Assembly: GCA_964558645.1 (NCBI GenBank)
Contig: CAZLEV010000003.1
Coordinates: 96,001 to 160,000, forward strand
Reading direction: 5' to 3'
Source: an uncultured archaeon
GTDB taxonomy: Archaea; Asgardarchaeota; Thorarchaeia; Thorarchaeales; Thorarchaeaceae
Length of the DNA: 64,000 bases
The translations under genes and the position numbers were made by a program. Position 1 is the stretch's first letter, and every line of letters starts with the position of its first letter. The notes beneath the pieces are model-generated. The model was not told the DNA's origin. It was given only the letters and a program-made list of their open reading frames with translations, and searched no databases. This document shows positions 29,246-37,758 of this stretch, in pieces.

Positions 29246-30511
29246 TTGGTGTACTTGATGACCATCGACTTGAGACCTGAAACCACGGATGAGAATAGAG
29301 CTGTTCTCTATAATCATGGGGCTCCTTCTCTCAGTGATCTTGACATCGAAATCATCAAGTCGGTGCCGCCTGGGGGCAACTGGGAAGACATACCTCTCAC
29401 TATTGCCAGGAAATCCAAGAGAATCATGCAGATTCGAAGGTCTGGTGGTCGTACAACATACTATGGTCGTTTAAGGAATGACCTCCCAAGCTACACCGTT
29501 AGCACATACTTCTACCGTCCCGGGAATGGTAGCTTCGCGCACCCTGTGCAAGACCGCATGATCTCGGTTCGAGAGGCAGCCAGGCTCCAGTCTTTCTTCG
29601 ATGACTACAGGTTTTTGGGCTCAGTAAGCTCCCAGTACAAACAGGTGGGGAATGCAGTACCACCTCTGCTTGCAAGGGCTGTTGGTATGACAATCCCTCG
29701 TGGAAAAGCTGTAGATTTGTTCTGTGGAGCGGGCGGCCTGTCGTGCGGCCTTCAGCTCGCAGGACATGAAATTGCGGTTGCCTCTGATGTGGAGAAGGCA
29801 ATGTGTGAGACATACTCATTCAATCATCCCAGTGTGAAGACCATACAGGCAGACATCTCTAACCCTAACGAATATGCGGCATTGATGTCTGCTATAGATG
29901 AATCTCTGGGAACTGATAAGCTCAGTTTGTTGGTGGGGGGCCCGCCCTGCCAAGGATTCTCAACCGCTGGAAAGTGGAGCCTATCAGACAATCGCAACAA
30001 TCTCATCGGCATCATGGTTAGGGCAATTGAAGACTTGTCACCAGACTTCTTCCTTATAGAAAATGTGACCGGGCTCTCATGGATTGGAAAGGGCAGAATC
30101 CTGAGGGGGTTGATTGAAAGGATTGAAGCGCTGGGATATGCCGTAGACTGGTTCATTCTGAAAGCTGAGCAATTCGGCGTTCCTCAGAGGAGAAGGCGTG
30201 TGTTCATTGTAGGTTCCTCTACGGAAAATGAACCACTAAGAAGACCTATGCCCCTGTTTTCAGCGATCAAGACTGGCACCAACCGTGCTGAACCCGCCTA
30301 CGACCCCCCTAATCTCCCCAAGCCTGTTTCCGTCATTGAGGCGATTTCTGATCTTCCTCCTTTGGAGACCGGCGAGGTCTATGAATCCTCTAACTATTCG
30401 ATATCTGATCCAGAATATGAATACCAGAAAGCAATGAGAGGCATCACAGATGTCAGTGATTTTCTCAAGCGACGAGCAGATCCGCAAGCGCATGACTCCC
30501 GCACCTTGTAA
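29246..30511 (+). CDS. C5-cytosine DNA methyltransferase with circularly permuted motif order (M2.Eco31I-like)
   Basis: TRD and motifs IX-X (REAARLQSF; KQVGNAVPP) precede motifs I (DLFCGAGG), IV (GPPCQGFS), VI (ENV), VIII (QRRRR). Confidence 0.9.
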   Translation: MVYLMTIDLRPETTDENRAVLYNHGAPSLSDLDIEIIKSVPPGGNWEDIPLTIARKSKRIMQIRRSGGRTTYYGRLRNDLPSYTVSTYFYRPGNGSFAHPVQDRMISVREAARLQSFFDDYRFLGSVSSQYKQVGNAVPPLLARAVGMTIPRGKAVDLFCGAGGLSCGLQLAGHEIAVASDVEKAMCETYSFNHPSVKTIQADISNPNEYAALMSAIDESLGTDKLSLLVGGPPCQGFSTAGKWSLSDNRNNLIGIMVRAIEDLSPDFFLIENVTGLSWIGKGRILRGLIERIEALGYAVDWFILKAEQFGVPQRRRRVFIVGSSTENEPLRRPMPLFSAIKTGTNRAEPAYDPPNLPKPVSVIEAISDLPPLETGEVYESSNYSISDPEYEYQKAMRGITDVSDFLKRRADPQAHDSRTL

Positions 30512-30586
30512 GAACATCGGAAATGGTTTATAGCACATAACTATTTCATGTCGTCCGTCGTTGCCCCAACAAGGAGAATCAGTTCA

Positions 30587-32275
30587 GTGATACGTTCTGC
30601 GTATCTTATAGACCTCATAGGCTCGAAGATCCTGTCAGAGATGAGCTTCGAGAACGAGAGTATGGTGAAGACCAGATTTGGCTTGATTATGGAGAGGATC
30701 TACAATCTTGTTGAGCGTGAACCCGACGCAGGATGCACCACAATCAGTGCGATAGACTTCAAGTGTCTGGTTGGCCGTCTGGATGAACGGACTGCGTTGC
30801 TTTGTGTCATCGAGGGAGAGCAGTGTGATGCTGAAGAGATGTCCGGTTTCAAGAAACTCAGAACGGCAGTTCAGGATTTGATTGCATCATCATCAGCCCT
30901 CGAAGAGAAGGACAGTTTTCCCTCCATGGCATCCGATATTCTCCAAAAGGACGTGAGAGTATGCTTCATCAGTCCCTCGAAGCCCCCTCCGCGGAACCGA
31001 ACTGGGCTGGCGGTCAGTCGAGTCGTTCAGCAAAAAGAGAAGGACGGTGATATTTTCACATCGGCGTTTTCGTTTGGTCCCTTAGGTGTGAGATTCTGCC
31101 AGATTGATCTTGATGCCGCTGCTTCCCGAGGTCTCCCCTCAGAGATGCAATCTTGCGACGTATACGCCATTGTCGTCAATTCCGAGGCTGAAACAGACGA
31201 GATCCGTTCCGTTGTACCAAGGGTCAGAGAAGTATATAGCGATGAAATAGTCATCGTACCCGGCCACGAAGAGTGTTTGGAATTGGCTCGCGACCTTGAG
31301 TATGAACTTGACCTCGTGCTATCCGATGCTTCATCTGGCGATCCAACTCATTTGGTTCTCTCCGCACTTGCAATGAGTGGGCTCATGGACATGCATCCCG
31401 AGCTCGCAATGAAACGCTGGAAGATTGAGGGATTCGAGAAGGATGAACAAGACGAGGTTCTCAGTGAAGAGAAAGTCCTCGGGCACCAAGCCTTCTTTGT
31501 TGTTGACAAGAACTTGGGTGATGCAATCTACACATACTATTACGAATCAAAGTCATCGGTTCTTTCACGGGCCCCAAACATTGTAGCGGCCTTGTCGATG
31601 TTCAATGTGGAATCCATGCAGCAGATGAAGACTGAGGTGTTCAAAGCAGGGAATCTCACCTACATCATGATAGAACGGGGTGACCTCATCTTCACTCTGA
31701 TAACAGGGAACAGGGCTGATGTGGACGAACTCAGACAGACTTTCTCGTTTCTGCCAGATCTGTACGCAGACGAGCAGCCCGAAGAGGTTGCGGCAGGAGA
31801 TGACCTTTATGCATCTCCACCATTTACCCTCAAACTTCTTGCCACTCTTCCTCCTGAAACACTCTCAAATCGAATGGCTCCATATCGTCTCTCCGCTCCC
31901 GATTGGGATCATTTCAAGTCAGATCTCGTGCGTGACTTTCTGATGGCTGTCTGGAACACGGTTGATGGCTCGTTAACTATCGAAACAATTGTACAGGGTG
32001 CGGGCCCGAAGATGAGCCTGGGTGCTATTCACTTGCTCAAAGCGCTTGATTCCATAGGCTTTGATTTACTCATCACCTCCGAGGACATCCCTCAGATGTC
32101 GAGTTCCCCTGATCCTGAGGTTCTCAAGCTCTATGCAGAACTTGAGCGCATCCTAATAGCTGTGGACGGAGCCAAGACGATTAAGGACATCTCTGAAGTG
32201 ACAAGAATCGATGTTGGGGTTGTGCTTCATGTGCTTAGAGACCTTCATAAACGGGGCATGGTTGCGTTCAAATAG
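30587..32275 (+). CDS. Longin - pseudo-GTPase - longin - 2x winged-helix protein
   Basis: Likely GTG start at 30587 after AGGAG; segment-by-segment similarity to the downstream paralog; lacks GxxxxGKS, DxxG and NKxD. Confidence 0.65.
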   Translation: MIRSAYLIDLIGSKILSEMSFENESMVKTRFGLIMERIYNLVEREPDAGCTTISAIDFKCLVGRLDERTALLCVIEGEQCDAEEMSGFKKLRTAVQDLIASSSALEEKDSFPSMASDILQKDVRVCFISPSKPPPRNRTGLAVSRVVQQKEKDGDIFTSAFSFGPLGVRFCQIDLDAAASRGLPSEMQSCDVYAIVVNSEAETDEIRSVVPRVREVYSDEIVIVPGHEECLELARDLEYELDLVLSDASSGDPTHLVLSALAMSGLMDMHPELAMKRWKIEGFEKDEQDEVLSEEKVLGHQAFFVVDKNLGDAIYTYYYESKSSVLSRAPNIVAALSMFNVESMQQMKTEVFKAGNLTYIMIERGDLIFTLITGNRADVDELRQTFSFLPDLYADEQPEEVAAGDDLYASPPFTLKLLATLPPETLSNRMAPYRLSAPDWDHFKSDLVRDFLMAVWNTVDGSLTIETIVQGAGPKMSLGAIHLLKALDSIGFDLLITSEDIPQMSSSPDPEVLKLYAELERILIAVDGAKTIKDISEVTRIDVGVVLHVLRDLHKRGMVAFK

Positions 32276-32372
32276 ACTGTCAGTATCCCCACCAAAGGTT
32301 CATAGAGGTTGATTTAACTACACGTCCTGAAGGAAAACATCATCTCACATAAAACAAACCCGCTCTGCTGGA

Positions 32373-34346
32373 GTGTGCTGCAATCTGATTCACAATGTTA
32401 TACTCATCGACAAGGCGACTGGAGAAGTCGTCACTAGGGTCAGATTCTGGAAGATAGACTTCACTGATGATGATATACGTGAGTTCATGAATGGGTATTC
32501 GGATCTCATGGACACCGAGGGTCTCTCTCCAGACACTCCGGTCTATGTCGGCGAGCACAAGGTGTTCCACTCTCTTGTTGATGATGATATTCAGCTCATG
32601 CTTGTTACTGATGGCAGAGATGAGGATCGAACAATTGTCCGAAAAGCCAAAGAAGGAGCCGCCCGGATATCTACTGCACTGAGGGGTAATAGCATAGGGT
32701 ATGTGAAAGACAATCTGGATGATATTCTAGATGAGCTGGTCTTCACAAGATTCAAGGTGTCTTTTGTTGGCTCCGGTGGTGTTGGCAAGAGTACGTTGCT
32801 CAGACTACTGTTTGGCAAGGAACCAGCACCAGGCGGCTATGTTCCCACTATCAACGTCGCCGTAGACTCGTCAGAGACAATACAGTTCGGCACTTTTCTC
32901 GTCACCATATGGGACTTCGCAGGGCAGGCGGTATTTCAAGATCTCTGGGCCTTCTATTTCTCGGGCACAGATGTCATTTTCCTCATTACTGACAGCAGTT
33001 TCCGGAATGTGATGCAGACCAAGAGCCTGCTGCGAACCATTCGGAAGGAAGCTCCTGCGGTTCCGCTCTTCATCATTGCAAACAAACAGGATCTCCCGGA
33101 GTCCATGCGAGCTGAGAAGATTCAGCGGCTTCTGGGTGCACCTACGTTCCCAATGGTTGCAACGGACAAGACTCGAAGGGACGAGTTCATTCGACTGATG
33201 CTCGAGGTAGCCACGAAGACAGTGGGAGTCGAGTTGCCCGACAGGCCTCTGAGTGAGATGATTACGGTTCACCGAAAGGACAAGGAGGTTGAACTACCTC
33301 CTCAGCCTGGCAATATTCGCAGCGATTCAGGTGCCACGTCTGGTGAGAAAGGGGAGTGGATCGAAGCTCAGCACAGTGGAGAGAGCGGACTCTCGGGTGA
33401 CTTGAGAGCGGGCGAAGTCAGTGGCGACTCGACAATCGACTACCCCGTCAATATCGAGCCCGAATCTGATGCGGTTGTTGAGATTCCTGAGAAGATTGCT
33501 GAGCAGGCACGGGTTCTCCATGTGATTATGATCGTTCAGGACAGCGGGACGTTCCATACCTGCTACGAGCTCAACTATGCCAACGAGGAAGTGGACGCCA
33601 CCGCAATCACATCTTTGATCTCCGCTCTCGATTCCTTTGGTGGAATCGACGGTGATCCCAGCGGCATGGCCGATAAGAGTGACGCCCTTAAGAGAATCGA
33701 ACACGAAGGAAACCTGGTCATGGTGGAGAAGTCTGACCATTTCTTGCTAGGTGTGACAGTCACCAATGACAGTGAAGAAGAGAAGTATCGAAGGATCATG
33801 TCCTCTCTGCTCTTCGAGTTCGAAGAAGCATATCAAGGAACTTGGGGTGCCTGGGATGGAGATGTGACAATCTTTGAACCCACCGTTTTTTCACTTCTGC
33901 AGAAGATACCAATGAGCCCTATCAGTTTCGACTATGTAGTTCGCGCACGTGAGGCCGGTCGTCCGCTATCATTTGACAGTAGAGAGGTGGGTCGTTCCAT
34001 TGTGGAAGTCAAGAGCGCAATAGAAGGGTCTGAGACCGTTGGAGGCTTGGTTAGAAGCCTAGACCTTCCCCGGGAGAATGTCACTGGAGCGCTGCAGATC
34101 ATGGAGCATTTTGGATGGATTAGCTTTCAAGTTGACCTCGGGCCACAGAGCATTCCTAGGAAAGTCAAGAATCCTGATCCTGACACAGTCAAGGCTTATG
34201 GCACAGCGGTTGTCAAGTTCGTGGATTACTGTGATGGCGAAACACCTCTGGAGGATGTCGTAAAGAAGGTCGGTGTAAGCTACAACGCTATGAAGTTCGT
34301 CGCGACCAAGCTTGTGCTATCTGGTGTTCTTGAGATTGTGGCTTAG
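32373..34346 (+). CDS. Longin - Arf/Ras-like small GTPase - longin - 2x winged-helix protein
   Basis: GSGGVGKST, YVPT, WDFAGQ..F..LW..YF, NKQDLP; longin-like IHNVILIDKATG and LHVIMIVQDSG..LISALDSF; C-terminal (D/E)G..T wHTH repeats. Confidence 0.85.
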   Translation: MCCNLIHNVILIDKATGEVVTRVRFWKIDFTDDDIREFMNGYSDLMDTEGLSPDTPVYVGEHKVFHSLVDDDIQLMLVTDGRDEDRTIVRKAKEGAARISTALRGNSIGYVKDNLDDILDELVFTRFKVSFVGSGGVGKSTLLRLLFGKEPAPGGYVPTINVAVDSSETIQFGTFLVTIWDFAGQAVFQDLWAFYFSGTDVIFLITDSSFRNVMQTKSLLRTIRKEAPAVPLFIIANKQDLPESMRAEKIQRLLGAPTFPMVATDKTRRDEFIRLMLEVATKTVGVELPDRPLSEMITVHRKDKEVELPPQPGNIRSDSGATSGEKGEWIEAQHSGESGLSGDLRAGEVSGDSTIDYPVNIEPESDAVVEIPEKIAEQARVLHVIMIVQDSGTFHTCYELNYANEEVDATAITSLISALDSFGGIDGDPSGMADKSDALKRIEHEGNLVMVEKSDHFLLGVTVTNDSEEEKYRRIMSSLLFEFEEAYQGTWGAWDGDVTIFEPTVFSLLQKIPMSPISFDYVVRAREAGRPLSFDSREVGRSIVEVKSAIEGSETVGGLVRSLDLPRENVTGALQIMEHFGWISFQVDLGPQSIPRKVKNPDPDTVKAYGTAVVKFVDYCDGETPLEDVVKKVGVSYNAMKFVATKLVLSGVLEIVA

Positions 34347-34349
34347 AGG

Positions 34350-36485
34350 TTAGACGTCAAGCACAATCCTCTCCTTGTATTGGGGTAATAGGATATCGCC
34401 ACTTGTTTTCTTGATTGGAGTATGAACCATGGCTTTCTTGCCCGTGCAAGAAGCAACGAACTCTGCGAGCCTTGAAGCTGATGAGTGGGCACTAAGCCGT
34501 GCATATTCAACAGCACACTTGTGATCTTCGTATCCATGCAAGAGATTCCATCCGGTTGTACGTGGTGCAAGGTACCCACACAAGATGACAGCTGCATCTG
34601 GGTTATGTCGATGCTCATTGTAGTGCATTTTGGCAAAGCCGCCGTCGAGCATTCCACCTCCAGCCACTAGAATGTCGTCATCTTCGAGAACGACTTTGTT
34701 CTTTTTCATGCCTGTCCAGTCGCCATTGTAACCCGTCAGCTTGGTCACTCGTTCTGCCATGCCCGCCACAATCACGTTTCTAGATGAGGTAATCCCAAGT
34801 TCGTCAAGCATGACAAGGACTTCCTGTGACCTGCCGACGGCGAAGGTCGGAATAATCACTGGACCGTGTCTGGCTATGGTCTGCGAGACCTGATCAGATA
34901 CTTGTCTTCTGTCGAAATCCTCCCTTTCCCAGTATGTACCGTCAAAGATTGTCAAATCGCAGTCTGTAGGTAGGGTAGCTCCGTGGAACAGCACGGATTT
35001 ATCAAGATTGAAATCACCTGTGTAGAGAATCCTTTTTCCCTCCACATCCACGACAAAAGCCGAGCTTCCGGGAATGTGTCTTGCCTCAGTCGGGGTGACA
35101 ACAATGCCTCCGGCTAGCTCGCTTGCTGTCCCCGTTTCTAGTTGTACATAGTTTCTCTTGACTTTGTCTATGTTCGTCCGATTGAACCAGGAAACCATGT
35201 CATACTTGTCATTCCGTCTCGGCGGAAGTGGAGTCCCTACCTTGAGGGCATCCTCAAGAAGAGTCATCGAAACTGCCCCCGTGATCCCGCTTGCACACCA
35301 CTTCCCCGGATAGTGCTCATAGAGCGCAGGAAGTCCTCCAACGTGATCAAGATGTGAGTGTGTGATAAGCACGCAGTCAATCATCTCCAGTTCAGGGACC
35401 CATTCAGGGATTCTCTGATTAGCGACTGACAGACCGTAATCAAGGAGGATGGCACTGGTATCTGTCCTCACCAGAATGCCACTTCTGCCAATCTCTGGCC
35501 CACCAAGGAATATTATCTCTACTTGCTTGGCCCTTCTAGAATACGCAATTGACGACATCAGTTCCACTCGGAGTTTCTGTGGAATCATCTCAAAGAGGAC
35601 GGGTTCAACTGCTTCAGGAGGGGGTGCCGAATCAAGATCCTGCAGGCGGATGGGCAGTACTCTCCCTTCAGCACTCATGAATCTCCTCTTCTGATAGACT
35701 CTCTGAACGGCATCATATGCCTCTGAAACACCTGCCTCCGGACCAATCTTCTCTTGTGCTTCTTGATTGACTCTCTTTCGGAATATATCGAGAATCCTAG
35801 ATGACAGCACATCAGGCAGCCAGCTTCGGGTTGCCTTATAGACATCCAAGTATTCCTTCCCCCGGAGAGCCTCCTCCAAGTACTCCGGATATCGGCGGAT
35901 CGAATCTGTGAGTCTGAAGTCATCGGATTCCAGGGCTGATTCCAGATTCAAGCCAAGCTCTGAGGCGGGTTCTCTGAAATCATCCGGCTTATAGTAGGGG
36001 GATCCTAAGAACGCAATCCATTCTCTTAGACCACTCATTACCTGCATCGCATTCTTTCCCGATGCGATTTCGATGAGAACAAGGGCTCTCTTCAGAAGGG
36101 CATCTACGCCTTCTTGATGGAGCTTTCCGAGAGAGTATCGATACACATATCGAAGGTCTTCCTCGTCGAAATTTCCGAAGATAAAACCATAGCAACACAT
36201 TGCCAGCGCATCGAGGTATTCCTGCAACGATAATCGGTCTATCTCGCTCAGAAAGATCTTACGTAGGGTCTCGCTCACCTTCGCACCATGCTCTATTCCT
36301 TCGATATCCTCATCAATAGCTACTCTGGCCTGGTAGACTGCAATTTCCAGGCTTCGCTTCAATGGACCGTCCAGGTCCGAAATATCAGCTCTTTCGTCGG
36401 ATATAGAATGGGAGCTGACTCTGGAGAAGAAATCCTGAATCACTTCTGTTGAGGCATCTTCCCGGAGTCGTTCGATCAGTGTCAT
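34350..36485 (-). CDS. Metallo-beta-lactamase/beta-CASP ribonuclease (aCPSF2-like) with ~315-aa N-terminal extension
   Basis: GGPEIGRS, THSHLDHVG, HIPGS, YTGDF, DGTY, FAVGRSQE, SAHS. Confidence 0.8.
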   Translation of the reverse strand: MTLIERLREDASTEVIQDFFSRVSSHSISDERADISDLDGPLKRSLEIAVYQARVAIDEDIEGIEHGAKVSETLRKIFLSEIDRLSLQEYLDALAMCCYGFIFGNFDEEDLRYVYRYSLGKLHQEGVDALLKRALVLIEIASGKNAMQVMSGLREWIAFLGSPYYKPDDFREPASELGLNLESALESDDFRLTDSIRRYPEYLEEALRGKEYLDVYKATRSWLPDVLSSRILDIFRKRVNQEAQEKIGPEAGVSEAYDAVQRVYQKRRFMSAEGRVLPIRLQDLDSAPPPEAVEPVLFEMIPQKLRVELMSSIAYSRRAKQVEIIFLGGPEIGRSGILVRTDTSAILLDYGLSVANQRIPEWVPELEMIDCVLITHSHLDHVGGLPALYEHYPGKWCASGITGAVSMTLLEDALKVGTPLPPRRNDKYDMVSWFNRTNIDKVKRNYVQLETGTASELAGGIVVTPTEARHIPGSSAFVVDVEGKRILYTGDFNLDKSVLFHGATLPTDCDLTIFDGTYWEREDFDRRQVSDQVSQTIARHGPVIIPTFAVGRSQEVLVMLDELGITSSRNVIVAGMAERVTKLTGYNGDWTGMKKNKVVLEDDDILVAGGGMLDGGFAKMHYNEHRHNPDAAVILCGYLAPRTTGWNLLHGYEDHKCAVEYARLSAHSSASRLAEFVASCTGKKAMVHTPIKKTSGDILLPQYKERIVLDV

Positions 36486-36504
36486 GGTTTATCATCTACT
36501 AGGA

Positions 36505-37548
36505 TTAGCGCTCGATGGGCTTGACGGCCATAAATAGTCCTCGTCTGCTATCGCGGAGTGACAGGTGCTTCTTGACCAGTCCTTCAGACATCAGGATGGA
36601 GAGTGCATGTCTGACTGTTCTCGCAGGTAGCATGGTCTCCTCTATGATTTGTCTGGCTGTCAGCTTCTCATGGTATTCCAGTACTTTGAGCACGAGCTTC
36701 GCACTGGGAGGTAGATCTTGAGCAAGATCCTCAAGGATGTCTGTTTTCTTCTGCAATTTGCCGCGCAGGGCGGCGATTCTCTCTTCGGTAAGTTTCACGA
36801 ATATCGCATCGCTATCTGCTCTTCTAACAATGATTGGGCCAGAGTTCACGTTATGCCTGAGCTGCCCATCTAGAATGGTCTCTACCATTACCGGGCAGGT
36901 CAGTTTGCGAATCTCGATTTCTATATTATCCGCCACAATCAGTGGTCTTCTTGCGGGATTTGTGCTGTTCACTGGTATCACAGAGAGAACCGGGGCAGGA
37001 GATAGCACTATGGGGCCGCCTGTACTCAAGGAGTAGGCTGTACTTCCAGTAGGAGTGGCTATGATAAGTCCATCACTGCCGTCTTTCCAAAACTCCTCTC
37101 CATCGAGGTTCAGTGAATACCTGATAAGTGTAGCATTGCGTTTGGCAAAGATAGCTGCTTCATTAAGAGCAGGTGGAATTTCGCTATCGCCAACAGTAAC
37201 TGAGAGGCGAGAACGATGATCTTCAGTCCACTCGCCTGCAATCAAGTCTTCAACGGCAAGTTCGAAATTGCCTGTCGTAACGTCAAAGAAGAAGTCCGGC
37301 TGCCCTCGTGAAGAAATAGGCAGAATTGGGGTTGGGCAGTTGCCCATCTGTAGTAGGGTGTCAAGGACTGTTCGGTCAGAGCCAACGACGGCCACGACAT
37401 CCGCATCTAGGTCATCAAGGTTCTTGCCCGAGGAATCCAAGGCTTCTGCCAGCCCATGCTCTAGAATCACGTCTGCTCCCTCTTGATTGAGCAGATACAG
37501 CACTGACTTTGCGTCCTGAATCATGCTTGACTCATTGCCGGAAATCAA
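36505..37548 (-). CDS. nadK: NAD kinase-like domain fused to C-terminal winged HTH
   Basis: ALNE, DGLIIATPTGSTAYSLSTGGP; GGDGT replaced by GSDRT; C-terminal LPPSAKLVLKVLE..RTVRHAL; the frame extends upstream to ACG at 37560. Confidence 0.8.
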   Translation of the reverse strand: MISGNESSMIQDAKSVLYLLNQEGADVILEHGLAEALDSSGKNLDDLDADVVAVVGSDRTVLDTLLQMGNCPTPILPISSRGQPDFFFDVTTGNFELAVEDLIAGEWTEDHRSRLSVTVGDSEIPPALNEAAIFAKRNATLIRYSLNLDGEEFWKDGSDGLIIATPTGSTAYSLSTGGPIVLSPAPVLSVIPVNSTNPARRPLIVADNIEIEIRKLTCPVMVETILDGQLRHNVNSGPIIVRRADSDAIFVKLTEERIAALRGKLQKKTDILEDLAQDLPPSAKLVLKVLEYHEKLTARQIIEETMLPARTVRHALSILMSEGLVKKHLSLRDSRRGLFMAVKPIER

Positions 37549-37657
37549 ACCAATCTTCGTGTTTCATTCCTCCCCAGAGGGAACATGTCTTGTCGTTCTA
37601 CCTTACCCTCTTAAATTGAGTGCCGAATTGTAAAGCATCACTATACTCATATTGTTT

Positions 37658-37699
37658 GGCAATTATTGCCGAGGCTTCATCAATGGGTCAATAATTGCC
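37658..37699. promoter_or_regulatory. Two GGCAATwATTGCC-type palindromes between the divergent nadK and nadA promoters
   Basis: GGCAATTATTGCC 37658-37670; GTCAATAATTGCC 37687-37699. Confidence 0.55.
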
Positions 37700-37758
37700 G
37701 GTTGAGATTTCATTAAAATACCCTATTTGATGCTTAATCTCGACGGATTTGATGAAGG

